From Octopus vulgaris (lineage: Eukaryota), in assembly GCA_951406725.2 (NCBI GenBank), contig OX597839.1, positions 3,844,001-3,908,000 on the forward strand: a stretch of 64,000 nt of DNA. Direction: 5' to 3'. The first letter of the stretch is position 1, and every line of letters starts with the position of its first letter. Of this stretch, positions 1-12,399 are shown piece after piece. The notes beneath the pieces are model-generated. The model was not told the DNA's origin, searched no databases, and worked only from the letters and a program-made list of their open reading frames with translations. The position numbers and the translations under genes are program-made.

Positions 1-862
1 AAAACTAAGCTACGAGCATTAGATTTCTTGGAAAAAGGATTGAATGTATACGAAACAAGGACAGAAAAACGGACGATGTTACACGAATATAAATACAAAA
101 AACGAAAAGTAATACGAATATAAATACAAAAAACAATAATAATAATAATAATAATGATAATAATAATAATAATAACAGGACAAAAACAACAGGTGTCTGT
201 CTAAAGTTGAAAGACGTCTTGAATGTTTTGCGTTCTTGTCCCATTTTGTATTTTTATATATATTTTTTATACATATATATACACATACACACACACATAC
301 ACACACACACACACACACTCATAAAGTTCTGCTTTGAGCTTTTGCGTAAACTGGCATTGAAAGCAGAGTTGGTACTGAAACAAACGTAACTTGTTATTAA
401 AGATGTGCTAAAGTTTTTCCTTCGCACTGGGGTCCTTGTTTGTCCCCTCTATGTTTAGCCCCTTGTGGGCAATAAAGAAATAAGAAAACAGACGTTAAAA
501 GCTGATGATGAGGATATCCGTACAAAAATCCTTGCAGTGGTTCTGATTTCTCCAACCACTAATTGGGAGCAATATAATCACCTCAATTGAGATTCCCCTG
601 CCTAGGAGACACGAGCACTTTCACATATACATACACACATGACAGACTTTCAATTTCCACCCACCAAATTCATCAACAAGGTTTTGGTAAGCCCGAGGCT
701 ATAGAAGACCCTTGCCCAAGGTGCCGTGCAATAGGACTGCACCCATAGCCATGTGGGTAGAAAACAAATTTCTTACTCAAATAACCTGAAGTATTGTTTT
801 CTTTATTTTTGTATTTTTTATTCATTTATTTATTTATTTATTTATTTTGGTTCTCTTTTCAG

Positions 863-1047
863 TGTTCAATAGATTTAAAACGAAATGTGTTAGTGATCGG
901 TACAACAGGTACAGAAACCCCGTTCCTCAGTGAGTCTGAGCTTCCTGAACATGCGCGGTTAAACCTGTTACAGAGACCTTCATCAAGTATAGAAACTGAG
1001 GACCAACAACTAGCTGAAGCTCTGGCACGATCAAATGACTGAAACAA
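863..1047 (+). CDS. DDI2: DDI1/DDI2 orthologue, penultimate coding exon (end of retroviral-like aspartyl protease domain plus UIM)
   Basis: Polypyrimidine tract with AG at 861-862. Translation [33 protein letters not shown]...[12 protein letters not shown] matches the vertebrate DDI2 C-terminus as I recall it ([16 protein letters not shown]...ELPECARL...DQELAEALQKS). Donor GTAAAA at 1048, but an in-frame TGA at 1040-1042 as written; alternative phase-1 donor GTATAG at 987. Confidence 0.9.
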
Positions 1048-1055
1048 GTAAAAGA

Positions 1056-1190
1056 GTATTATTTCTTTCATTTTTGTATTTTTATTCATTTATTTATTTA
1101 TTTATTTAATGCTGAACTTCCTGTAATAGATTTAAAACGAAATGGCTTGGCTATGTACAGAAACCCCGTTCCTCAGTGAATCTGAGCTTT
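1056..1190 (+). repeat. Degenerate partial tandem copy of the DDI intron end/exon (about 791-943)
   Basis: Repeats ttttgtattttt-attcatttatttattt, aatagatttaaaacgaaatg and tacagaaaccccgttcctcagtga.tctgagctt. Confidence 0.8.
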
Positions 1191-1665
1191 TGAGATGTTC
1201 TGAGCTTCTTTCAATTACTTTAAATATAACAAAGAATTTTTATAATGGTCGGAAGATTTTAATTCAAAACTTATCAAAACAAGACATTTGTTACGATATT
1301 TCTGTTGAGATGTTCTGAGCTTCTTTTAATTACTTTAAATATAACAAAGAATTTAGTAAAATAATTTGATTATCATTCAGTTAGTGTTAGGAATGTAAAT
1401 TGTGTCTAAGGTTTGGTGGGAGATTTTAATTCAAAACTTATAGAAACGAGACATTTGTTACCATATTTCTGTTGAGATGCTCTGTGTTTCTTTCAATTAA
1501 TTTTAAATATAACAAAGAATTTAGTAAAATAACTTTATCATTAAGCTAGTGTTAGGAACATAAATTGTGACTAACGTTTGGTGGAAGATTTTAATTCAAA
1601 ACTTATGAAAACAAGATATTTGTACTCAGAGCCGGTTTCAGCCGGGTTGGTAACGAAAGGGTTAA
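1190..1665. mobile_element. Tandemly duplicated MITE-like repeat with a piggyBac-like end
   Basis: Three imperfect copies beginning gagatgttctgagcttc/gagatgctctgtg (1192, 1307, 1474); ends ...acgaaagggTTAA. Confidence 0.4.
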
Positions 1666-2034
1666 GAGGTTTGCTTCCCAATGGCAATGTATTGGGTTCA
1701 GTCCCACTGTATGGCATCTTTAGGGATTGTCTTCTACTAAGAGCTCCAGGCCAACCAAAATCTTTGTGAGTGGCTTTGGTAGACAGAAACTGAAAGAAGC
1801 TTCTGTGTGGTGGGAGCATATCCAGTGACATATAAAAAGCTCTCGTGCCACTGCCATATTAAGAAGCACCCTGCACTCACTATAAAGTGATTGGCATTAG
1901 GTAGGACCCCCAGCCATAGAAACCAAGTCAGAACAGCCTGGAACCTGATGCAGCTCCAGCTGGCCAGAAATGGTCAAACCAGCCAACCCATGCCAGTGGT
2001 ACACACAAAAAAGGATGTCTGACACTCATGCCAT

Positions 2035-2262
2035 GCGAGCTGGCAGAAACGTTAGCCGGGTGAAATGCGTAGCCATATTTCATCTGCCGTTACGTCCTGG
2101 GTTCAAATTCCGCCTAGGTCGACTTTGCCTTTCATCCTTTCAGGGTCAATAAATTAAGTACCAGTTGCGCACTGGGGTCGATATAATCGACTTAACCCGT
2201 TTGTCTGTACTTGTTTGTCCTGTCTGTGTTTAGTCCGTTGTGTGTAGTAAAGAAATAGGTAT
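2035..2262 (+). mobile_element. SINE family A monomer (tRNA head, Meta-like central domain, tail 1)
   Basis: A box GCTGGCAGAAACGTTAG, B box GGTTCAAATTCC, GCCTTTCATCCTTTC.GGGTC.ATAAATTAAGTACCAG, tail ...aagaaataggtat. Confidence 0.85.
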
Positions 2263-2521
2263 ACACAAAAAAGCACCCAACACACTCTGTTAAGTGGTTG
2301 GCATTAGGAAGGGCATCCAGCTTTTGAAACCAAACCATTTTAATATGACACCACATAAGCATTCTTACGTGGCACCGGCACAACTGCTTTTTGCATGGTC
2401 TTGGTACAAAACTCTTGCAGGCTAATCTTCCTTACCAGGGGGAACGGCCTTAACACTTCTACTGGTGTAGGAGGGGGTCTTCATGAGTACAGCAAGGCAC
2501 CAGGTATCTCAGTCCTATATA

Positions 2522-2589
<68 letters not shown>

Positions 2590-2687
2590 ATTAGAGGTTA
2601 TGTTAGCCTCATGAAGGGATGGTGTCATGTAAGGAAATACTTGTTCAATACCTAATATTTTCAGAGAAGTGATTTCATTAAAATAAT

Positions 2688-2726
<39 letters not shown>

Positions 2727-2836
2727 AAACCATATAGTTTATATTCGTAAAAAAGAAGAAAATGAAAATGGAGATTAGGTGGTTAATAATAAACAATTAT
2801 TAACCACCTAATCTTCATTTTCTTTTTCTTCTTTTA

Positions 2837-2962
2837 GGGCATCCAGCTGTAGAAACTCTGCCAGATCAGATTGGAGCCTGGTGCAGCCATCTGGTTCGCC
2901 AGTCCTCAATGAAATCGTCCAACCCATGCTAGCATGGAAAGCGGACATTAAACGATGATGAT
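2837..2962 (+). mobile_element. Retroposon 3' end ending in (GAT)n (family E, RTE-like tail)
   Basis: gggcatccagctgtagaaac...acattaaacgatgatgat; also at 1860-2000, 6316-6655 (-) and 11730-12165 (+). Confidence 0.65.
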
Positions 2963-2980
2963 AGTATGTATATATATATA

Positions 2981-3368
2981 CAGGAGTGGCTGTGTGGTAA
3001 GTAGTTTGCTAACCAACCACTCGGTTCCGGGTTCAGTCCCACTGCGTGGCATCTTGGGCAAGTGTCTTCTGCTATAGCCCTGGACCGACCAATACCTTGT
3101 GAGTGGATTTGGTAGACGGAAACTGAAAGAAGCCTGTCATATATATGTATATATATATGTGTCTGTGTTTGTCCCCCTAGCATTGCTTGACAACCGATGC
3201 TGGTGTGTTTCTGTCCCCGTCACTTAGTGGTTCGGCAAAAGAAGACCGATAGAATAAGTACTGGGCTTACAAAGAATAAGTCCCGGGGTCGATTTGCTCG
3301 ACTACAGGCGGTGCTCCAGCATGGCCGCAGTCAAATGACTGAAACAAGTATAAGATTAAAAGAGTAAA
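2981..3368 (+). mobile_element. SINE family B (tRNA head, CORE-like domain, internal microsatellite, tail gaaacaagtaaaagagta)
   Basis: GTGGCTGTGTGGTAA A box, GGTTCAGTCCC B box, CORE-like cttgggcaagtgtctt; about 20 full or partial copies in the window. Confidence 0.85.
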
Positions 3369-4255
3369 TATATATATACATACATACACACACTCTCACA
3401 CATACATGCATATATACATCTCTCAGTTTCTATCTACCAGATACACATATACACATGCAAGGCTTTGATCGGTCCAGCATGATAGTAAAAACACTCTTGC
3501 TGAAGGTATCACACAGTAGGACTGAACCTGAGGCCATATAGTTGGAAAGAAAGTTTCCTAACCACACAGCCACATCGTAACGCTTAATATAGTGTGACTG
3601 AGAAGAAAGAAGCGTGTAGAGGAGGGTGAGTCTAGGTTGACTGAAACAAATCTAAATTCTTTTGTTTAATCATTTCTCATTTAAACTGGCGAAATCCAAC
3701 CCTATGTTTTGCATTCAATCTGGCCATATCTAGCCTCTCATACCTTGCCTACACTGACATTCTAAAAATAAACATTCACATCTTCAAAACCTGAAAGTTA
3801 TAAAATAATGCATGATTCATTCAAAACAGTTTGAATAAGAAAGTGTTGTATTTAACAGAGTAATCTGAATTCTAAAGGGTTAGAAAATGTTTAATATTTT
3901 GACAGGGGTTCTCTTTTGGACGATTTCATTGAGGACTGGCGAACCAGATGGCTGCACCAGGCTCCAATCTGATCTGGCAGAGTTTCTACAACCGGATGCC
4001 CTAAAAGAAGAAAAAGAAAATGAAGATTAGGTGGTTAATAATTGTTTATTATTAACCACCCAATCTCCATTTTCACATCTTCAAAACCTGAAAGCTATAA
4101 AATAATGCATGATTAATTCAAAACAGTTTGAATAAGAAAGTGTTGTATTTAACAGAGTAATCTGAATTCTAAAGGGTTAGAAAATGTTTAATATTTTGAC
4201 GGGGGTTCTCTCTTTTTTTTTTTTGTCTTCTGAGATTCTTTTATTTTAATTTCAG

Positions 4256-4515
4256 CAAAACACGTGATGGTTTCTAGTCGTAAGCCAGCCTCCACATCCA
4301 CTGCTATCTCAGGCTCCAAACCGACGGCCACAGTTTCATCTCCTCCTCACATTCCCCCAACCTCTCCACCACAAACATTCTCAGAGGAAGCCATGCTGCG
4401 ACTCATGTCCTACGGATTCGAAAGACAACAGGTTCTAGATGAACTGCATCGATCAAATGGAGATGTCGACCAGGCCTTGGCAGCGCTGTTGGCTAAATCT
4501 TTACAAATGCCTTGA
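4256..4515 (+). CDS. DDI2: DDI1/DDI2 orthologue, last coding exon (Ser/Pro/Thr linker plus C-terminal UBA domain)
   Basis: Acceptor ttttaatttcAG at 4254-4255, phase 1. FSEEAMLRLMSYGFERQQVLDELHRSNGDVDQALAALL has the UBA signature (L..MGF-like, NGD...A...L). Stop TGA at 4513-4515. Confidence 0.85.
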
Positions 4516-5160
4516 GCTGGGGGGATGCGGGTCGTAATTTTGATGGGTGACATTTTGTGAACAGTCATATCGTAACTTTTAACAGGTGGCCATTGTCCTT
4601 TTCTTTTTTTTTTTCCGAATCACAGCCATAAACATATAAACACGTCTTCATTAATCTAATCTCATTGAATTTCAAATGTAAACAACTGAAGAGATTAAAT
4701 ATTCTACTGTAATTCAGTTGTAGACATTTTATTTTGCCTTCCAATTAAGAATTGTTATCAACAGAACTGATGAAACTAGCTAACATTGAAACAACTGCCA
4801 GCATCTGGCTTGATGGCAACAGTTGTTTCATAGTTTGATGACAAACGCTGTCATTTTGTCAGCTTTTTTTTTCTATTATGTCACATTAACTTACAATTGT
4901 ATATTTTCCTGTTGTTGTATCATTTTAAACTCCTCATCTGTTGCTGTTTCCACTCAACCTACCAATATCTGTTCTTTAATTTTGCCCTCATATCTTTTAT
5001 TAAGAGTTGTTACTGTCCAAAACTTGGCTTTCACATGTGTTGTTTGTCCTGACATAAAATTTACAATTTATGTATATCTACATTTACATCAAAGTATTTT
5101 GTTGAAGAAAGCTTTTTTTGTATTTAGATTATTTCTGACATTATTTGTGTTTCAACATTA
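4516..5160 (+). other. Probable 3' UTR of the DDI gene
   Basis: Repeat-free, AT/U-rich sequence after the stop; ATTAAA at 4694-4699. The true end cannot be determined. Confidence 0.45.
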
Positions 5161-5399
5161 GTCTTGATGTACATACGGCAGTGAGTAGCATTATTAATTC
5201 CCAAACACTCTCCTCTTCATTGGCACTCTATGATATATCAATACAGTGTTTGAGCAGAAGCAGTAATAATATTCCTTGTCATGTTACCTGTAAGGATTCA
5301 TTTATTTATTGCATTCTTAGTCCTCCCCTGCTTTTCTTTGCTCCTAGGGCATAACAGCATTTGTGTCCTTTCAGTCATGTTCACTCATTGTCTGTACTA

Positions 5400-5938
5400 A
5401 AAACCATTACTATTTCTACTCTAATATTATTATTATTTCTACTCAAGCACTATCATTATTTCTACCCAAACATTATTGCTACTTCTACTCCAACATTATC
5501 ATTATTTCTACCCAAACATTATTGCTACTTCTACTCCAATATTATCATTATTTCTACACAAACATTATTGCCACTTCTACTCCAACATTATCATTATTTC
5601 TACTCAAATATTATTGCTACTTCTACTCCAACATTATCATTATTTCTACTCAAATATTATTGCTACTTCTACTCCAACATTATCATTATTTCTACTCAAA
5701 CATTATTGCCACTTCTACTCCAACATTATCATTATTTCTACACAAACATTATTGCCACTTCTACTCCAACATTATCATTATTTCTACTCAAACATTATTG
5801 CCACTTCTACTCCAACATTATCATTATTTCTACACAAACATTATTGCCACTTCTACTCCAACATTATCATTATTTCTACACAAACATTATTGCCACTTCT
5901 ACTCCAACATTATCACTGTTTCTATCCAAACATTATCA
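5400..5938. repeat. Minisatellite with a 46-bp unit (two related 23-bp halves), about 11 copies
   Basis: aacattatcattatttctactcaaacattattgccacttctactcc recurring at 46-bp spacing (5491, 5537, 5583...). Confidence 0.95.
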
Positions 5939-6315
5939 CTTGTCGTTATTCAGTCAGGCACACCAGGATCGACTTTGCCTTCCATCCTTTTGAGGTTGAT
6001 AAATTAAGTACCAGTTATGCACTGGAGTCGATGTAATCGACTGGTCCACTCCCCTAAAATATCAGGCCTTGTACCTACAGTAGAAAGTATTACTCAGTCA
6101 GGCAAATTGCCCAGATGAGTGTAACTCTTCCACACCAGATGTCCCGAATGAGTAATGTGGCATGAATGACTGGTTTGGGTTTCAATCTCATTGATCTTTC
6201 ACTAGCTGAAATATCCCATCTGTACATGCCCTGACTATAGATGATAGCACTAGTGTGCTAACTGAACTGGTTGATCCTGGCCATGGACAGTTTGTTGTCT
6301 GTTTATCCACTCAAC

Positions 6316-6655
6316 ATCATCATCATCATCGTTTAACGTCTGCTTTCCATGCTAGCATGGATTGGACGATTTGACTGAGGACTGGCGAACCAGATGGCTG
6401 CACCAGGCTCCAATCTTGATCTGGCAGAGTTTCTACAACTGGATGCCCTTCCTAATGCCAACCACTCCGAGAGTGTAGTGGGTGCTTTTATGTACCACTG
6501 GAACGAGGGCCAGTCAGGTGGTACTGACAACGGCCACGCTCAAATGGTGTTTTTTACGTGCCACCTGGACAGGAGACAGTCCAGCGGCACTGGCAACGAC
6601 CTCGCTCAACTGTTTTTTCACATGCCACCGGCACAGGTACCAGTAAGGTGATGCT
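6316..6655 (-). mobile_element. Family E retroposon fragment
   Basis: Reverse complement of the 2837-2962 sequence, with (CAT)n at 6316. Confidence 0.65.
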
Positions 6656-6719
6656 GGGACCCTGGCAGGTACTATCACTCAAGGTTTAGAGTATTGACAC
6701 TCAGTTAGTTATAATGAGG

Positions 6720-7272
6720 GGGGTTCCAATTGATCCAATAAGCAGAACGGCCTCTTTTACTCTTTTACTTGTTTCAGTCATTTGACTGTGGCCATGCTGG
6801 AGCACCACCTCTAATCGAGCAACTCGACTCCAGGACTTATTCTTTGTAAGCCCAGTACTTATTCTATCGGTCTCTTTTGCCGAACCGCTAAGTTACGGGG
6901 ACATAAACACGCCAGCGTCGGTTGTCAAGCAATGCTAGGGGGACAAACACAGACACACAAACACACACACACACATATATATATATATACATATATACGA
7001 TGGGCTTCTTTCAGTTTCATGAAATTAACATGCAAGTGGCTGAGGGCACCACAGACGTGTATTCTTCATGTAGTTAGTTCTCAGGGAGATTCAGCATGAC
7101 AGTATGACAAGGCTGGCCCTTTGAAATACAGGTACTACTCATTTTTACCTGTTGATTGGAGCAATGGAAAATAAAGTGTCTTGCTCAGCGACACGATGCG
7201 CTGCTGGGAATCGAACTCACGACCTTACAGATTGTAAGCCAACTACCCTAACCACTATGCTACACACCATCA
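6720..7272 (-). mobile_element. SINE family D with a SINE B fragment (6752-7018) nested in it
   Basis: gggaatcgaactcacgacc...ccctaaccacta head; B tail ttttactcttttacttgtttcagtc. Confidence 0.7.
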
Positions 7273-8089
7273 CATGGCCAGATATACCTGGGAACATTGA
7301 TGGCTAAGAGCTGGTTTCATACTCCTCAAAGCCCTGGAATCTGAACCAAGGCTCACCCAAACACTGCCATTGTCCCTAAAAACAAAATAAATCCCATAGT
7401 GTCTTTTATTCCCTCAATCTCACACTGCATCAGTTCACCAAAGTGAAAAAAACCTACCAATTACTTCACTAAACTATTAGGTTCATTGACTGACATTTCT
7501 GTCGTTCATTTCATCTTTGAAGAGTTATTTCCCCTGAGATCCAACTACCGTTTTTTGTTCTCTAAATTTGGGATCAGATTTCTTGGTTTCCGAGAATTAT
7601 TGGCAAAACCTTTTTGGCAGAATTCTGGTAGAAATAGTCCATATACTCCCTTATAACTTTTTTTTATTAATTGTTTGAAATTTTCAGAATTTTTTTGCGA
7701 ATTTGTGTTCTGCACATGGGAATCCATATGATTATGGAAAAAAATTTTATTTTTTGTGATTTAAGGGTGATTTAGCTGTTGTTTTTAGCACATCTCTTGG
7801 TCACCTGATACCTTCCTCGTTTCTTTATCGCTCTGACCTGCATTGATGTATTTGGATATTTTTCTTCCCATAAACACATTCAAGGTCTGTTGCTTGTATT
7901 TAAGCAAAACGTCTATACAACTCTGATTTTTTTTTTTAAATCGTAAAAGTAAAAATTTTAGGATTTATAGGAGTAAAATGTTTTAGAATTTTTTCTTCTT
8001 TTTTTTATTGGTATATGAATTCTCATGTGTAGAACACAAATTCATCTTCAAGGGTTCTTTCTTCAAATCAAGCCTTGGACTTTTATTTA

Positions 8090-8725
8090 AAAGCCTCGAA
8101 CTTATTTTATAGGTCCCTTTTGCTAAGTTACAGCACCCTAAACACACCAGCACTGGTTGTCAAATGGTGGAGGGCAAATAGATACGAGAACACAGACACA
8201 CAAACACACATATGTATATAAACACGACAGGCATCTTTCAGTTTCTGTCTACCAAATCCACTCTCAGGGCTTTGGTCGGCCCACGGCTATAGTAGAAGAC
8301 ATTTGCTCAAAGTGCCATGTAGTGGGACCGAACCTGGGACCATGTGGTTAGGAAGCAAGCTTCTTATTTCTTTATTGCCCACAAGGGGCTAAACATAGAG
8401 GGGACAAACAAGAACAGACAAAGAGATTAAGTCGATTACATCGACCCCAGTGCGTAACTTGTACTTAATTTATCGACCCCGAAAGGATGAAAGACAAAGT
8501 TGTCCTCAGCGGAATTTGAACTCAGAATTTAACAGCAGACTAAATCCCGCTAAGCATTTCACCCAGCATGCTAACGTTTCTGCCAGCTTGCCGCCATCTC
8601 TCAGTTTCTGTCTACCAAATTCACTCATAGGTCTTTGGTCAGCCCGAGGCTATAGTAGTGCCATGTAGTAGGACTGAACCTGGGACCATATGGTTAGGAA
8701 GCAAGCTTTCTTACCACACAGCTGG
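8090..8725 (-). mobile_element. SINE B interrupted by SINE A (8362-8595)
   Basis: B sequence 8237-8365 is repeated at 8601-8712, either side of the A copy. Confidence 0.75.
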
Positions 8726-8974
8726 CCATTCAGTGTTTTAAAAAATTTTCTAATTTAATATTATTAGGAATTATATAAAAAGAAATTTTGAAAATATTTT
8801 GTATGTTTTGGAAGTTTAACCAATTTATTATGCACAAATTTTAAGTACTAAAATCTTATATGGGTTGCGAAGGCCCATTATGGCTCCCGGTTGAGAACTG
8901 CTGTCTTAAATTGATTTAGTTTCTATCACTGGTCAGCGTGCTGTATGGTTAAGAAGCTTGCTTTGCAACAACCT

Positions 8975-9262
8975 TTTCAAACTCCACCTGTCTAACACCT
9001 GTAGACATGTTTACAAAGTCAGAAAACAGCACAGCTCCCATGACTTTCGGAAACATTTTTTCACGCTAAGAGTTGCTGAAGCATGGAACAAACTGCCAGC
9101 ATTATTTGTTAGTTGTCGGAGCACTGCATCCTTCAAAACTTCCATGCTTTCTGAGATTCGCCAACACTACAACCTGATTTTCTCCCCTCCATACACACAC
9201 AAGCATGTATCTGACTCATACACTGTTCACTTTCCAGACATCTGTACATTACTGCATATATA
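8975..9262 (+). mobile_element. CR1/L2-type LINE 3' fragment
   Basis: RKHFFTLRVAEAWNKLP...ASFK is the C-terminal motif of CR1/L2 ORF2. Confidence 0.75.
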
Positions 9263-9564
9263 TTCTTTTACTTGTTTCAGTCAGAGCTTAGTGGAGCTCT
9301 GGTGTGTATGATCTGATGGTTGGTCATGCTTGGGAATCCAGCAAGATAATCTAATGACACTTGCTTCTGATAGGACCCTGTGGAGGAGATGTTTGAGGAC
9401 TCTCCCTCCATGACCCTCCCACGAAAAGTGTGTAAAGAAGATGGATGTCTGATTAGAATGTCACGGAAGAATCACGGAATAGATTCTTTAAACCAAGCCA
9501 GCCAGCAAGAAACTTAGGGGTAGACCAAGGACGAAATATTTGGATAATATCCGTAATCTTAATT

Positions 9565-9762
9565 ACTCTTTTACTTGTTTTAGTCATTTGACTGTGGCCA
9601 TGCTGGAGCACCGCCTTTAGTCGAGCAAATCGACCCCGGGGCTTATTCTTTGTAAGCCTAGTACTTATTCTATTGGTCTCTTTACCGAACTGCTAAATTA
9701 CGGGGATGTAAACACATCAGCATCAGTTGTCAAGCGATGTTGGGACAAACACAGACACACAA

Positions 9763-9797
<35 letters not shown>

Positions 9798-9958
9798 CAT
9801 ATATACGATGGGCTTCTTTCAGTTTCCACTCACAAGGCTTTGGTCGGCCCGAGGCTATAGTAGAAGACACTTACGCAAGGTGCCACGCAGTGGGAGTGAA
9901 TCCGGAACCATGTGGTTTGTAAGCAAGCAACTTACCACACAGCCACTCCTACGCCTAT
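9565..9958 (-). mobile_element. SINE B, full length
   Basis: Reverse complement of the 2981 copy. Confidence 0.85.
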
Positions 9959-10514
9959 GTCAAACTTTCGGAACCCATCAAGAGATCCTTTGAAAGAACC
10001 CCATTTCAGTCACTTGCATTAGGGATCATACTCTTTCAGCCATTATCTAAGAAGGGATAGTCATGGAAACTGAACCGAAGATAGCAAGCCTGCCCTTTTA
10101 TCAACCTCCACAGATCGGGCTGCTACTTCTATGCATTGAAAGGTCACAGGTCCAGAACTAGGAACTTGTGATTAGAATGTCGCAGAAAAAGACAGATTCT
10201 TCAGGCCAAGCCAACCGACAAAAGACCTAGGGGTAGACCAAGAATGAGATGTTAGGATAATATCTATAGTTCCCGTTGGTGACACTTGGAAATCCATCAA
10301 GTAGCATTACACCAGCGATCCTTTGAAAGAACCCCTATTTCGGCCACTGGCGCCCTTTTGGTCATTACCTAACATTCATGACTATAAGTGAAGGTAGGCA
10401 TGGAAATTGAATTGAAGATAGCAAGTCTGACCTTTTATCAGCCTCCACAGATTGAGCTGCTGTTTCTATGCATTGAGAAGTTACAGTTCCAATACCACAG
10501 ACACATGGGTAGGA

Positions 10515-10901
10515 TCTTTTCTACTCTTGGCGCAGGCCTGAAATTTCGGGGGAGGAGACTAGTCGATTACATCAACCCTGTATGCAACTGGTACTTAATT
10601 TATCGACCCCGAAATGATGAATGGTAAAGTCGACCTCGGCGGAATTTGAACACACAACGTAAAGACAGACGAAATACTTATTTCTTTACTACCTACAAGG
10701 GGCTACACACAGAGGGGATAGACAAATGGATTAAGTCGATTACATCGACCCCAGTGCGTAACTGGTACTTAATTAATCGACCCCGAAAGGATGAAAGGCA
10801 AAGTCGACCTCGGCAGAATTTGAATACAGAACGTAGCGGCAGACGAAATACCGCTAAGCATTTAGCCTGGTGTGCTAACGTTTCTACAAGCTTACCACCT
10901 T
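10515..10901 (-). mobile_element. SINE A dimer (head-body-tail1-body-tail2)
   Basis: Two bodies joined at gacgaaatacttatttct (about 10668-10685). Confidence 0.8.
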
Positions 10902-11729
10902 AGACATATGAGAAGAATGTACTTATTCTATCATTCACACTTGCCGAACCTCTAAGGTACAAAGAGGGTAAACAAACTAACATCGGTTGTCATGAAGCGG
11001 TGGAGGACAAACGCAAATGCACACACACACACATATAACTGGATTCCTCACAGTTTCCGTCTACCAAATTCTCTCACAAGGAATAGGTCGGCCCGAAGGA
11101 TAGTTGAAGGCTGTTGCCCAACGTGCTGCGCGGTGAGACTGAATCTGAAACCACGGGAGTTGCTAAGCGAATGTCTTAAACACACAGCCATGCCAGCGCC
11201 CGTTTCGTGAATTAAATGGTAAAAAGAAATTGGAAAGAAAGATAGAAGTAGGTCACGGGAATTGATATTTTTGAAAGTAGAAATGAAATCAAAGATGGGG
11301 AACATATTTACTTAGGTTATCAGCCGTTCTGATGCCAGTTTTTCATCACATTGTGATTATAAAACATTTCGTACAGCTTTAGCGAACCAATTATTGACAG
11401 ACACAGATGGACGCCTTGAAGCAAGATCACATCTCTTAAAACTACTCTCGATTCCCAAAAGAAACGAAACAAATTTACTGACATTGCAAAATACCTTTGC
11501 TAGACGTTATGAACATTACTTAATCGTATTCTTTTTTCATATAACCTATCTGTAAGAAGGAAATCATTTAAAATGTCGATTTAACAAATTAATAGAATTT
11601 TCTCTTATTTGTACATTAAGTGTCCACAGGGTCTTTTTTTGCTTTCTGTTTTCCCTTTTCTTTTCTTTTCAACAACCAGTCAGTCAGTTTGTTGGTTGTC
11701 ATTATTTTCTTACAAGTAAAGACGGTGAG

Positions 11730-12165
11730 CTGGCATACGGACAAGGACAGCTATGTAAAGTAGTGCTGATCTCTAACTGTGGAGGGAACCTGTGGAAAAA
11801 GTAGACCCAGGAAGACATGGGGCAACATGGTGAAGCATGATCTTCAAATGTTGGGTCTCATGGAGGTGATGACAAGTGACTGAGTCTCTTGGCGATATGC
11901 TGTGCTTGAGAAGACTCGTCGAGCTGAGTGAAATCGTTGTCGTGGCCGTTGCCAGTTTCATAGAAATAGCACCCGTGCCAGTGGCACATAAGAAACCAAC
12001 CCAGTATAGAGTGGTTGGTGTTAGGAAGGGCATCCAGCTGTAGAAACCAAGCCAAAATCAAACTGGAATGTGGTGCAGCCCCCAAGGCTTACCAGTTTCA
12101 AACAAACCATCTAACACATACCAGTATGAAAATGGACATTAAATGATGATGATGATGATGATGAT
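11730..12165 (+). mobile_element. Family E retroposon ending in (GAT)n
   Basis: ggaagggcatccagctgtagaaacc...ggacattaaatgatgatgat. Confidence 0.65.
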
Positions 12166-12171
12166 TAACGC

Positions 12172-12214
<43 letters not shown>

Positions 12215-12216
<2 letters not shown>

Positions 12217-12399
12217 GCGATTTTCTTTCTCCGTCTTCCCTTCCTTGGACCTTTCCTTCTTCTGTTTCTGATAAAGAGCTCTGCTCGAAACGTTAAATCC
12301 TCCTTTGTTTCCTTTCCTGAGCGTCCAATAACACTGTGCTTGTTCCACGTCCTCACGTTGTTGCGTTTTCTTTTTGTGTTTTCATGTTTGGATTAACTT

